From Octopus vulgaris (taxonomy: Eukaryota), in the NCBI GenBank assembly GCA_951406725.2, contig OX597814.1:169342001-169404000 (forward strand): 62,000 nucleotides of DNA, given 5' to 3'. The position numbers and the translations under genes were made by a program. How positions within the stretch are numbered: position 1 is the stretch's first letter; every line of letters begins with the position of its first letter. Under the pieces are notes generated by a model that ran no database searches, had not been told where the DNA came from, and saw only the letters and a program-made list of their open reading frames with translations. Below, piece after piece: positions 11,794-25,281 of this stretch.

Positions 11794-12997
11794 TATTACT
11801 AATTTCTGTGAGTCATTTGCAAATACCATATCTGCCAATAGTGGAATGTCTCTTATTTTCCTTGCACAGATCTTTCCGTGAAAAATTCATGATTTTACTT
11901 GCCGTTGGCAATACAAATTCATTACCAGTTTTGTGATTGGTTTCTTAGTTTTTGTAATTAAGTATACAGTTTTGTATGATAACTCTATATTTTACTCCAA
12001 CCAGTGTTTATTTTTCAAAATATTGTTTTGTCCTTTCAAAAAATTCAGCAATTTTCTTTGAAGTTATAATGATTTGTTTTGCCTAAGAAGCATGTCTACT
12101 ATTGAGATGTTTTAATTTAGAAAGATTTCATATTTTCATTTGCCTAATATTCGTTACAATTAAAGTGACTGGACGGTGTTCTTCATGCCTAAGAGCTAAA
12201 GTAAACCGATATTGGGAGAGAGAGAGAGAGAAAGAGAGAGTTCGGTCGTAATTTTAATTTTGTGCAGCATTATTCAGTCACTTTCAGATTCAGGTCACTG
12301 CTTCCAGCTTCTGAAAGAACTACCACTTCACCCTTTTAAATGTCATGTTCTTCTTTGACAAATTTAACCCAAATGAAAGTTAGTCAAGATGGCATTATTA
12401 CTTGTGTAATAAATTCAAAATTGAAATATTTAAAACCTCGTTTTTTTTTTTTATACATTTATTAAAATAATTAGATGCGATATAAAGTTATGCTGGAAAA
12501 CGGAAAAAAATTGCTTAATTTGTTGATTTTACATAAAAATTATACAATTACACACAAGTTACAATTAAATTAACTCAATGATACAGACTGATGCGACAGT
12601 TCAATCTACTTTCAGATTGAGAATTCAAAATCATGGCTGTAAACACACATCATGTTAACACCACCATTCGCAAATAAACATTTTCCTCTTTTAGTAAAAC
12701 ATACAGCCTGATCATAAATCAAGGTGCAAAGTATTGCGAAGCACAATACCAAAAACACAACTAATCATTAGAAAATGTTACTAAAGGTACGGAAATTAGT
12801 ATTGCTTACAAAATATACAAATATCTTGTTTGTATGTGCTCTGTTACTCTATCGACATGGGTCGTATTTCTAGTGGAAATGTATAAATAAAATTATGTAT
12901 ACACAACTCGTTTTCATCAGAAGGTGATAGAATGAGAAGTATGAAAGTGATAATGCTTTTTATACGCTTTAGCATTACCACAATTCTTAAAACTTAT

Positions 12998-13218
12998 TGC
13001 CCACAAGGGGCTAAACACAGAGGGGACAAATAAGGACAGACAAAGGGATTAAGTCGATTACATCGACCCCAGTGCGTAACTGGTACTTATTTAATCGACC
13101 CCGAAAGGATGAAAGGTAAAGTCAACCTCGGTGGAATTTGAACTCAGAACATAACAGCAGACAAAATGCTGCTAAGCATTTCATTGGCATGCTAACATTT
13201 CTGCCAGCTCGCTGCCTT
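12998..13218 (-). mobile_element. tRNA-derived SINE family B (central GCCTTTCATCCTTTCGGGGTCGAT domain)
   Basis: Homologous to 24812-25281, 27982-28180 and 53575-53790. Confidence 0.85.
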
Positions 13219-13974
13219 AAAAAGCATTACCACAATTCTTAAAACTGCCAGAATCTACAGACCCCAACTGAAAATTCAAGAAAACTCAAATGTCATCTGT
13301 TAGAGAAACACATTGGATCCATAACCAAGAATCGAAGCCTTGGTCTTTTATGTTTCGGTCTATTGTTCTTGGTATCTGCATTTGGAATTTATTATTTCAA
13401 CCTGTCAAATTGGTGAACATCTTAGGTGAGACAGAGTTCAGTTTAGATGTCCCGATCAATTCTGTTGTTATTGACTTAATTCAACTTTAGCACAGCTATA
13501 AATTCGAGTTACCTATAGAAACTCATTCTCTTTTCTCAGGAACTTTTAGAGAATTAACTTCTCTCTTTCTCTTTTCCTTTGCCACATGGTAGAGAATTAA
13601 CTTGTCATTAGTGACAACCACACGTGAGCAGGCTGCTACAACAACTGAAAGATTCTCTATCAAAACTAACATTTTTATTTACTTTCAAGCCGTTGTAGTT
13701 GTGAAAAACTTTGTTACGATTGAACAAAATCTATGGTAATCATAAACTATTTCTTTCAATACATCTGGAAATGGTAAACTATGCAACATGCAACCTCTCC
13801 TCAAATGCTTCCTTTCTCAGCCTTTTCTATAACTTGCAACGTCTCCTCTGTGCTACAACCTGCCAATCACAATTATGCCATTATATTCAATGACCTCTAC
13901 ATATCACATTTAACTGCTACAGTTGGTAACTCCCGACGCTTCCAGCACGCTACACATCTCTCGGGGGTAGAACA

Positions 13975-14292
13975 TGAAAGACCATGGGATTGCACCTAGA
14001 AAGTTATCCTCAGAGGCACAAGTCCGAGCAAGGTTATTTATGGAAGACCAGCAGTCGCCCATAACATTCTCTCCTCTCCACATCACCGATGTTATCCAAG
14101 CAAAAGGCAAAGGCTGATACAGCTTAGCACCAGTGACGTCACAAATCATTTCTACAGTTAAGTGAACTCGAGCAACATGAAATAAAGTGTCTTGCTCAAG
14201 AACACAACATACAGCCCGGTCTGAGAATCGAACTCACTACTTCATGATTGTCAGCTCGACGCTCTAGCCACTGAACCATGTGCCTTCACATA
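13975..14292 (-). mobile_element. tRNA-derived SINE (GTGAAGGC head family)
   Basis: Minus strand A box TGGTTCAGTGG and B box GTTCGATTCT. Confidence 0.75.
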
Positions 14293-15246
14293 GGGTAATT
14301 AAAAGCAGTAACGTTCATATACTGTTGACTCAAATGTTGCTGAAGGTGAGGTGTGTACATGTTTATTTATATACACATTTCAATACATATGTATATTTAC
14401 ACACAAACACACCTATGCCCAGGTAAAGGTTATATACAATGTGTATGTTTTATTGAACTTCGATTACGTATCATTGCGTTTAATCTCTATCACTCTCCCC
14501 TTTCTATTTATAAATGAGGGTGTGTGTATAATTTTTACAAGGAAAAGATTGAAAGTTACGTTTAAGTTTGTCTAACCTTATATATACTTTTTAGTTCAGC
14601 TTGTGGGTAAAGCATTGTGGTTGCAAGGTTGGTGTGCATACACAAACACTTGCAAAAACACTTGTGCAAAACCATTGTCAATATTGTTAGTTTTAAATAA
14701 ACATACATAAATACATAGTACATACAGTCTTTTGTCTGTGTATGTAGCTACAAAACTACTCACACACAGACCAATGTTTCCCAGTAGCTCGTATCAAATC
14801 TTTTCTACTTATTAATATATATATATAATCAATATATATATATATATTTCATTATATATTCATATATAAATTAATCCGCTTAAAATATAAGAAAACATCA
14901 TTTATTTCAATAAAACATATGATATATAATTAATCCCGAATGTTTAATGAAAAATGAATAATAAAAATAAAACAAAAAAAAAATTGTTCCATAATTATAA
15001 CCAATTCAACGAATTGTCCAATTTTAATCAGTATCTTGAGTTTAACGGCATTTTTTCTGGCTCTACATTTTTAGAACCAGTTAAGTACTGAGGTCGGAGG
15101 GATTGACAGGTTCCCTCTTCCTAAAATAACTGGCCTTGCGCTAAAGTTAGAAAATTTTGTTTGTAAGATGTTGAGACATCTTCTTCCCTTTCTCTTCCTT
15201 ATCTTCTATATTTTTTCGGATCTTTTCTGTTTGGCTGCATTCACAT

Positions 15247-16045
15247 TTAAGTATAGTATATTAATACCTCAAAATGAATACTGTTGGAAAAATTGAGATA
15301 ATAAGGATTGATTCATCACTAAAAGATATACCCATACCAACCACGGACTATTACATCATAGAATTAATATATAAGATTAACGAATTTATAAGATATATAT
15401 GTATGCTAATAAGGTTCTCATTTTATTAAATGAATAAATAATCCAACATTCTAATATCCGAAAGTTGATGAACAAACTAAATTTGTTTCTCCATTTTCTT
15501 ATTTGTATTATAAATTAAAGGTAAAAATATTTCTTTACCTTCATCCGTTTAATACAATAAATGAGTTAATTGCATTGCAATTAAAAGCATTTATGTATTA
15601 AGAATCTGAGTACTTTACCAACAGTATATTGGATAAATACTATCCCTTAGTGGGTTACACCCATAACCCCTAACTTACTTTGTGTTATAAAATTAATTAT
15701 TTGAGGAATATCTATTGCTAATACTTGTATATGTATGAATTATCTATGCAATATTTGGAGTATTGCTAGTATAAGTGAATGCAATTAAGTATAGTATATT
15801 AATACCTCAAAATGAATACTGTTGGAAAAATGGAGATACTAAGGATTGAGTCATCACTAAAAGATATACCCATACCAACAAAGGACTATTACATCAAAGA
15901 ATTAATATATAGGAGAATTTATAAGATATATATGTATGCTATTAAGGTTCTCATTTTGTTAAATGAATAAATAATCCAACATTCTAATATCCGAAAGCTG
16001 ATGAACAAACTAAATTTGTTTCTCTATTTTCTTATTTGTATTATA
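15247..16045. repeat. Direct repeats of about 265 bp (15247-15512, 15785-16045) around a 272-bp unique spacer
   Basis: Direct alignment by eye, about 90% identical. Confidence 0.85.
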
Positions 16046-16622
16046 TATATATATATATATGTATGTGTGTCTATGTTTGTGTCTGTATTTGTCCCCCCAA
16101 CATTGACAACCGATGTTGGTGTGTTTACGTTCCCGTAACTTAGCGGTTTGGCAAAAGAGACCAATAGAATAACTACTAGGCTTACAAAGAATCAGTCCTG
16201 GGGTCAATTTGCTTGACTAAACAAGTAAAAGAGTAAAAGAGTATACTGCTTAGAACACATTCAGATAAATTTGTTTTTTTTTTGGTTTTGTTGTTGGAAA
16301 TGGAGATCTTTACCATTTGGTGCCCTGTGCTGAATTTCCGAAATTTTCTGCATAAATGTAGTTTTGTATGCTAATTACGAAAATCACGTTTCTTTGTTTT
16401 TCTTCTTTTTTTTTTAGCAATACTTTCCAGCTTTTGCTCAGGGCCAACAAGTTTGAAGAGAGAGAAAAATCAATTTTATATAAATCAATACTCAACTAGT
16501 ACTCATTTTTTTCTACCCCGAAAGGATAAAAAGCATAGTTGACCTAGACCACATTTGAACTCGGAACGTAAAGAGCCGGAAGAAATGCCACTGAGAGTTT
16601 TGTCTGGTGCAGTAATGATTCT

Positions 16623-16819
16623 GGCAGTCCATTTTGGGGAGGGAATGAAGTTGAGTATATTGACCCCAGTGTTTCACTGGTACTTAATTTATCGACCCTG
16701 AGAGGATGAAAGGCAAAGATCAACTTTGCTTTTCATCCTTTCGGGGTCAATAAATTAAGTACCAATGAAACACTGGGGTCAATGTACTCAACTTCATCCC
16801 TTCCCCCAAAATGGCTGCC
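16623..16819. repeat. Fold-back of a SINE-B 3' segment (about 96-bp arms, 5-nt loop)
   Basis: 16623-16718 vs 16724-16819 inverted, about 90% identical. Confidence 0.85.
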
Positions 16820-17283
16820 ATAAGTGACAAAATTTGAAACCATTATTATGATTATTATTATTATTATTATTATTGCGACATAAATAATAAAAACAATATC
16901 AAAACAAACCTTTTAACATTGAAATTATTGTTAATTTTAGCCCAACAGAAGCCTCAATAACCGACATGTCAGAAATTGTAATGTGTTTTCCTAGCAACAC
17001 AGTACAGGTAGGTTGCCTCAAAACAATTGTGGAAGCAGATGAAATGATGTTCTCAAGGATACATTTAGGGTTCGGCTTCTGTGGTAGTTAATTTCTTTTA
17101 TTTGGAACTGGTGTACTCATTGAGCCACCTTACCTTTTGCTTTGCTGTGTAAATTAGTTTCATGATGTCAGTTCAGACTTCATGCCAAGATGTCACAGTT
17201 TTATAAGAAACGACCTGGGAATCCAAGACAAAATGTAAAGTTTCTTTACGATCAGTATATTTCTTTCTCAGCTCACATTTAAC

Positions 17284-17669
17284 TACTCTTTTACTTGTTT
17301 CAGTCATGTGACTGTGGCCATGCTGGAGCACCGCCTTTAGTTGAGCAAATCGACCCCAGGACTTATTCTTTGTAAGCCTAGTACTTATTCTATCGGTTTA
17401 TTTAGCCGAATCGCTAAGTTACGGGGACGTAAACACACCAGCGTCGGTTGTCAAGCGATATTAGGGGGACAAACACAGACACACAAACATATACACACAC
17501 ATACATATATACGACGGGCTTCTTTAAGTTTCCATCAATCAAATCTGCTCAAAAGGCTGTGGTCGCCTCGAGGGTACAATAGAAAACATTGTCCAAAGTG
17601 CCACGGTGTTTGATTGAACCCGGAACCATGTGTTTCGAAGCAAACTTCTTATCAAACAGCACGCCTGCG
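17284..17669 (-). mobile_element. SINE family A, CpG-retaining copy
   Basis: Homology to 931-1313. Confidence 0.9.
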
Positions 17670-20600
17670 TTGTGATCAGTAAAAAAAAAAAACCCTACGA
17701 ATCTTAATACACTTTCAAGAATAAACGAGTTCTTTTAGCCCTGTACTATTATAGCATTCAAACATATCTTGACAAAAGAAAATATAGCCATTGTTTGCAC
17801 AGTTAACTCAAGATACGATTTTCCCTAAACTCAGTAAGGTCTAAAGCAGTTAGCGGTAAACTGCAGCCTGTAGGACTTGGGACTTTCTAAATGGCACCCT
17901 TAACGAAAAATTACCTCGAATTCTTTTTAGCAGTGCGCCCACCGAACCCAGGTAAAAAAAAAAAGTTACAGGAAAAAAGTCACAGGAAAAAAAAAATGGT
18001 AACGCTAGCACTGTTTCTGCATCTTTCTCTAATAGAGAAGTTAACTGTCGAATTCTCACCCTTTTAAGCTTAATGTGTCAATCAGTTTCTAAAGGAATAT
18101 GCAGAACTGATGGTAAATTAATGATTTTCTTTCCTAGCCAAAATTGCGACTTCTTTTCTATGTGACTTTATTACCGGCCACTGCGCTAACCTGATGATGA
18201 ACCATGTCCCATGTTGCCCGCTTTTCGAAAAACGTAGCTCATTCTTAGTCTAACGAAGTCAAACTGAAAGAATACGTTAGGCAACGATGTAATTCTAGAT
18301 AAAATGAGATGACGGCAAGAGTTAGAATGTTAAATTACGAATACAGTTTATTTTGTATTATAGCTTAAATGGCTAGACACGGGAATCATTAATGTAATTA
18401 TCAAGATGGAATTTACGTGACACTGTGTATAATAAGGTTTAGTAAAATCCATCTTGCGTTAAAATATTAGTAGCTAAATATTCCACGGGTATTCGTATAA
18501 TTAGAGTAATTCTCAAATAGCTATTTGCGTCACCCAAAGTATACAAGGTCATGGCTTTTACATTAATACAGATCCCTTTGTTCATTTTATATTCTATTTT
18601 TATTTTTAAATTCCAATTATCTTCCCAATTTCACTCAAATAACTTGGGTCTACCCTATGTCACGGTAGAATACATTTGCCCAGTTATTGGTTTATGACAG
18701 CGAATCGACTTCTGGAGCATTCAACCATGCTTACGTTCGAGATTTCCTGTTTTTCTTTATTGGGTTTTTCTTTTATTTTGCTATTTTCTTATTTTAATAA
18801 ATTGTATTATTTTTTTCTTTCAATTGTTGTTGTTTTCCCGAGTTTTTATTGAAATATTTCCAGTGTTAAAAAAAAATTATAAAAAGAAGCACGTGTGTGT
18901 TCGTTTTTTTTTTTTTTGTATGTGTGTAATAAATACACACATACAAAAATACAACTACGAAGTCAAACCGAACACGACACGCAATTATACAAAACCAAAT
19001 ACATTCGCATCCATACAAACATACACAGCACGAGCTAATAAGGATCCCCTTTGCTGAACGTTATCGATTGAATTACAAGAAATAACAGCCAAATTACCTT
19101 CCCCGTGATCCCAACTGTCTTATAATAGGAAGTACCCTTTAGAAAATATGGTCCTAGACAGAACATCTGTAAAAACAAAGACATGTCAACCAGAGCTAGC
19201 CTGGGCATAAAAAAAACGCATATACCATTAAGTCGCGCACACATACAACGTAGATAAGAATTCTCATACATATTTATATTATCATGCATACATATATTAC
19301 ATACACATGCATGCATTATCAACCATAAAGACAAACATTCATTCACTTAATTTTCGTTTAATGGACAGAGTTTTGGAATAGTTCTTCCTGGAAGTCTTAT
19401 ACCTGATAGAAAAGAAAAAGGGTACGGTAGTAAGGATGCAAAAGTTTTTATTAAAAAAATGGAAATTTTTCCGAACAAATTTCTTCTGCGTTTAATTTCC
19501 ACTGTATAAAACAATAACTAAAAATATTACCCTTTTCCTTTCACATAAGGTATGGAACTTCGAGGGGGAAAAACTACGCCATTAAATGTAGGTATTCATT
19601 CAATTTTAGTCTCGCTACGAAAACAGATGTTTATTGCAAAAAGAAGAAAAACGAGAGAAAGAAAAAGAATTGGGGATCGTATATTTTGGAAAGATATACA
19701 AACATTTGTTTACATCTTGCAGTGAGGCTAAAACTGCAGAGATACCAGAATAAAATTCGAATTATCAATTAAACGGTGTGTATCGCATAATTAATGAATT
19801 AAATACCCCTCTTCGTTGTCAATGAATGCACTATTGTGCAAATTAGACCGGTTATATCAGCTGAATTCTAGTTTGCGTTTGATTTAAATATATAGCAATA
19901 CCCTATTAATCTCTCCGTGGGTAGAAAATGCAGATATTTGTTGTTATATACGATGAAATAAATAGACAGGGCGATCCCAAATTCTTCTCTCTGCCCACGA
20001 AGTGATAAAAAAAAACATTTGCTTATGCCCAAATTGTTGGCATTAGGTGTTTACCGACGTTAGATTTCAGATTATGCAATAAAATGCTGTATATTGCATT
20101 ATTAATTAATGAATTAGACATACATAGTCATTTCCACATGTTACATTCGGCAATGTACACCCACACGAAAGCGCAGACACACACACACACATAACTAACC
20201 TCGAAGCCGACTACACAAACACACAGCAGATACAATGGTACACATATGCACGCATACGTGACCAAGGAAATAATTACGAATAACACAATTATCCAAAGAG
20301 GCAATCACAGGCACGCACACATACCTGTCTGTCATAAATATATATATATACACACACATACACACGTTCACGCTGTATAGATAGATAAATACACGCATCC
20401 AGGATGTGCGGATACAAACATACACATACATCCATAGACTGCAAACACACACGTATATAGACACGCATTTCCGCTGTGTAAATGCATACATACACACATC
20501 CAAAACGTGCTGAGGCAATCACATAGCCAAACTCTTCACTCACGTATACATCCATTATATGCACACACACACGAACACAAATTATATATATCGACACATA

Positions 20601-21129
20601 CATAACACTATTTGAGCCACGCTATACACTATACCAATCTTTATATCTCCTAAAGTACACACACACACACGCGCACGCACGCACGAACACACTCATGTCA
20701 TCTTAACAATGGAAACAGACACTACATTGAACTAAGCGTGTGTGTATGTGTCAATAAAGCGAATAGCAAATTGTACCACGTATATATATATGTGAATGAG
20801 TGTGTGTGTAGAACTAACTGTATTGCGTATATAGAGTAAATTACATTATGTGTATAGGTGACTGAGTGCGTGTGTAGAGCGAATTATACTGTGTACATAT
20901 GTGAGTGCGTTTACAGCGAATTGTATTGCATATGTATGTGCGTGTGTGTACAGAACTGTTGTAATGACTGTCTAGAAATTATACTGTACGTGAACGAAGC
21001 TTATTATATCGTGTATGTGTTTGTGAATGTATCGTTATTGTAACTGCGTGTTTCTGGTGTGTAGTGCTTTATTGTTTGTTACTCGATGTGAATCTGTGCA
21101 TTTGTTTTGGTATGTGTTTAAGGTTGTAA

Positions 21130-21577
21130 TGCTATCTATCTATCTATCTATTTATTTATCTACCTTCCTACCTACCTACCTATCTATCTGTCGGTCTAAG
21201 TATCTATGTCTGCCTGTCTGTCTATCTATCTATTTATCTATCTGTCGGTCTATCTTTTATCTATGTCTATCTATCTATCTATCTATCTGTCGGTCTAAGT
21301 ATCTATGTCTGCCTGTCTGTCTGTCTATCTATTTATCTATCTGTCGGGCTATCTAAGTATCTATGTCAGTCTATCTATCTATCTATCTTTCTATCTATCT
21401 GTCGGTCTAAGTATCTATGTCTGCCTGTCTGTCTGTCTATCTATTTATCTATCTGTCGGTCAATCTAAGTATCTATGTCTGTCTGTTTGTCTATCTGTCG
21501 GTCTAAGTATCTATGTCTGCCTGTCTGTCTATCTATTTATCTATCTGTCGGTCTATCTAAGTATTTATGTCTGTTTG

Positions 21578-21640
<63 letters not shown>

Positions 21641-21641
21641 G

Positions 21642-21709
<68 letters not shown>

Positions 21710-21749
21710 CCTATCTATCTTTCTGTCTATCTATCTATCTATCTCTCTG

Positions 21750-21805
<56 letters not shown>

Positions 21806-21860
21806 ACATATCATCTTGATATCTGCTTATCACCACCTTTCTATCTTTCTATCTATCCGT
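21130..21860. repeat. Compound (TATC)n/(TGTC)n satellite with a recurring CTGTCGGTCTAAGTATCTATGTC unit
   Basis: Direct reading; the unit recurs about 6 times. Confidence 0.9.
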
Positions 21861-22474
21861 TTATATTTAACTTGTGAGTATATGATTTATATATATGTGT
21901 GTGTGTGTGTGTGCTAATATTTTCGTATGTTGTGTCAATATGTTCATTTATACGTAAGGCGCCCCTTATTTGTACGAATATATATATGTGTGTGTATAAC
22001 GTAAAGTGCGTACTGATATGTTCGCAACGGGCAAGTAACCCATTAAAACAAATATTTACAAACACCAGAAACAAATAAAGGACAAATAAAGCAATTGCAA
22101 ACAAATTAATAAACTAAACAACATTCGCGTATAGCTAGATATATCCCCATATCTATCAGTGTACTTATATGTATATACGTGTATTCATAAGCATATTCGC
22201 ACGCACATACGTACGTACATATATGCGAACTAACAAAGTGGGTCTCCGTCGGTTTCAATACTAGGAAGTCTGTTATTCGATATACTGAACTTGTGTATAA
22301 ACGAACGAACAAGCGACTTAGTATTCCACGACAGTAATACTTTTTTCCCCCCTAGGGATAGGATTGGCTGTGTGGTTAAGAAACCAGTTTTATCACGAAG
22401 TGGTTTCGGGTTTAGTCACACTGCACGGCACCTTGGTGAGTGGTTTCTACTATAGCGCTGACCAAAGGACGAAG

Positions 22475-22620
22475 ACAGGTGGTGTAGAAAACAAACAGAT
22501 GTATTAGTATAACGCTCAGGAATAGAAAAAGTCTTTTACGTTTCGAACCTACGCTCTTCTACAGAAAGGGACACAGAAAAAACATGGAGAGAAAAAAATG
22601 TGTGTAGTGGCTAACGATCT
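22475..22620 (-). mobile_element. Hammerhead-like short element, copy 2 of the 423-600 family
   Basis: Minus strand 22569-22532: CTTT-CTGTAGA-A-GAGC-GTAG-GTTC-GAAAC-GTA-AAAG. Confidence 0.6.
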
Positions 22621-23280
22621 TATATATATATATATTTGTGTATCTCTGTGTGCAACCATGTAGTAAATATATAAACAGGGCAACTTAATAAGTTCTCCGG
22701 AGATTGAAAAAAATAATGATAATAAATAATCGATGACCAGTCATAATTAATTTTCGAATTTTATTGAATTCTTATCAGTGGGAACTTTCATAAATTAGAT
22801 CTACATTACGATAGTGAGTTGCTAAGCTGTTTATATACTAAACAAATACATTAGTTACAAAGAACTGGGCCTAGTAATTTTTATATTACAAGTGTTTAAC
22901 ACTCTCTTAAATATCAAGAGCCTGTCAACGAGGATCTCAGTTCAGACAGTACCAAGGTATGATATATGGAACCTCTGTGTGTGTGTGTGTGTGGGGGGGG
23001 GGATTGTGCCACACTACAACCACTTGATAACCAGTGTTGGTATGTTTATATTCCTGTTACCTAGCAGTTCAGCAAAAGAGAACAATGGAGTAAGCACCAG
23101 ATTTTAAAATGAATCCTAAAATCCTAAAAAATGAATTTATTCAAATCTAGATTTAAAAATGAATCCTAAAATCCTAAAAAATGAATTTATTCAACTAAAC
23201 AAGTGGTTCTCAACCAAGGCTCATATGACCCTTGGAGGTCCACATAAGATTTTGTTGTTAAAATTTATGAGCAATGAATA

Positions 23281-23655
23281 GGCGCATGAGTGGCTGTGTG
23301 GTAAGAAGCTTGCCTCCAAACCACAGGGTTCTGGGTTCAATCCCACTGCATAGCACCTTGGGCAAATGTCTCCTACTATAGCCTCAGGCCAACCAAAGCC
23401 TTATGAGTGGATTTGATAGATGGAAACTGAAAGAAGCCCATATATATGTATATATATATACAGGGCCATGAATGATCTTATCCCATATTTTGGATTTATA
23501 TATGTATATATATATATATGTATTTGTGTGTCTGTGCTTGTCCCCCCACCATTACTTGACAACCAATGTTGGTGTGCTTACATCCCTGTAACTTGATGGT
23601 TTGGCAAAAGAGACCAATAGAATAAGTACTAAGCTTACAAAGAATAAGTCCTGCA
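23281..23655 (+). mobile_element. SINE family A, CpG-decayed, next to a hAT-like terminus at 23201 (AGTGGTTCTCAACC)
   Basis: Homology to 931-1313. Confidence 0.8.
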
Positions 23656-23745
23656 TAGATATATATACAGGCATGCGTACACATGCATATATGTACATCC
23701 ATATATACATGCACCTATATATCCATACATACATGCACATACATA

Positions 23746-23961
23746 TTAGGGTGTGCTGAAAAGTTCCTGACTTTAAGGGTGTCATGAAAGGTCTGGTTGG
23801 AGGCTCAACCTTCTGAGTTTTTTGCAGGGCTTAGAAAAACTGAAGGACCGCTGCAATAAGTGTGTGAGTCTGAGAGAGGAATATGCTGAATAAAATCATA
23901 ATTAGCTGATCCTCCTGTATTTTCTTTTAACCAAAGCCCGGAACTTTTCAGCAATCTCTTG
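23746..23961 (+). mobile_element. mariner-derived MITE
   Basis: TA flanks, TIR GTGCTGAAAAGTTCC / GGAACTTTTCAGCA; internal GLEKLKDRCNKCVSLRGEY resembles a mariner transposase C-terminus; second copy at 40649-40863. Confidence 0.8.
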
Positions 23962-23968
23962 TACATAT

Positions 23969-24230
23969 GGAGGTGCATGGCTTAGTGGTTAGGGTGTACG
24001 CATCATGATCGTAAGATTGTGGTTTCAATTCCTGGACCGGGCAACGCATTGTGTTCTTGAGCAAAACACTTCATTTCACGTTGCTCCAGTCCATGCAGCT
24101 GGCAAAAATGAATAACGTTGTGATGGACTGGCGTCCCGTCCAGCTGGGGAACGCATACACCATAGAAACTGGGAAACTGGGCCCATGAACCTGGCTAGGC
24201 TTTAAAAAGGGTGCAATGGTGGTGCATCAG
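23969..24230 (+). mobile_element. tRNA-derived SINE (GGAGG head family)
   Basis: A box TGGCTTAGTGG, B box GTTTCAATTCC; 3' part homologous to 40120-40230 and 42090-42200. Confidence 0.8.
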
Positions 24231-24559
24231 CATGGCTGCAGCTCTGAGCTGAAACTAGAGAGAAAAAGAAATGTACACTCATGGATATACATATCCTTCT
24301 ATCTATGCATACACATATATATTCACATACATTTATGCATATTTACATACAAGCAAACTCAGATGTCATAATGGAGATATTTTAAATGCTTCCTCATCAC
24401 ATGTATGTACATAAACTGCTTTTATTATGTGTGTCCAGGACTGTCATAGTTGTAGAGCTTGTTGCCTAGCCTGAGGTCAACTGATCAAGTAAAATATTGA
24501 TCAAAGGCACTCCAACTGTGACAATCCTGTCTATATTATCAAATGTTCCCTTTAAGATA

Positions 24560-24745
24560 GAAGTCACCAGCATCAAAGCCATGCTGTTAAAGTTACAGTC
24601 ACACTGGGCAGGACACATTTCCTGAATGGAAGATTATCTTTGAGACAAGATTGTGCTGTAGGGCGAACTCTCCACATTTGACAGAAGGCTGCCAAAGAAA
24701 GAGTATAATAGGCACTTTGAAGAACTCCCTTGATGTCTATTAAAT
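24560..24745 (+). mobile_element. Degenerate RTE/BovB-type LINE C-terminal fragment
   Basis: Translates SIKAMLLKLQSHWAGHIS*MEDYL*DKIVL*GELS, matching the RTE pattern LRWAGHVxRM..PKxxLYGEL, with stops. Confidence 0.65.
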
Positions 24746-24811
24746 TGACTATTGACAATTGTCTGCTATTGCTTCCATTTGTGATGTATGGTGATATACC
24801 GTTTACCTATT

Positions 24812-25281
24812 TCTTTATTACCCACAAGGGGCTAAACATAGAAGGGACAAACAAGGACAGACATAGGTATTAAGTCGATTACATCGACCCCAGTGCATAA
24901 CTGGTACTTAATTTATCAACCCCAAAAGGATGAAAGGCAAAGTCAACCTCGGCGAAATTTGAACTCACAACGTAACGACAGACAAAATACGGCTGCGCAT
25001 TTCGCCCGGCGTGCTAACGATTCTGCCAGCTCACCGCCTTGTGATATACCTATTTCTTTACTACCCACGAGGGGCTAAACACAGAGTGGACAAACAAGGA
25101 CAGACGAACGGATTAAGTCGATTACATCGACCCCAGTGCGTAACTGGTACTTAATTTATCGACCCCAAAAGGATGAAAGGCAAAGTCGGCCTCGGCAGAA
25201 TTTGAACTCACAACGTAACGGCAGCCGAAATACCGCAAAGCATTTTGCCCGACGTGCTAATGATTCTGCCAGCTCGCCGCC
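24812..25281 (-). mobile_element. Tandem dimer of SINE family B (24812-25040, 25050-25281), young
   Basis: Two head-to-tail copies with intact CpGs. Confidence 0.9.

Noticed and set aside
17930-18185. TIR element bounded by GGTAA..AAAGTCACA motifs
   Set aside because: The inverted match is short and no TSD was found
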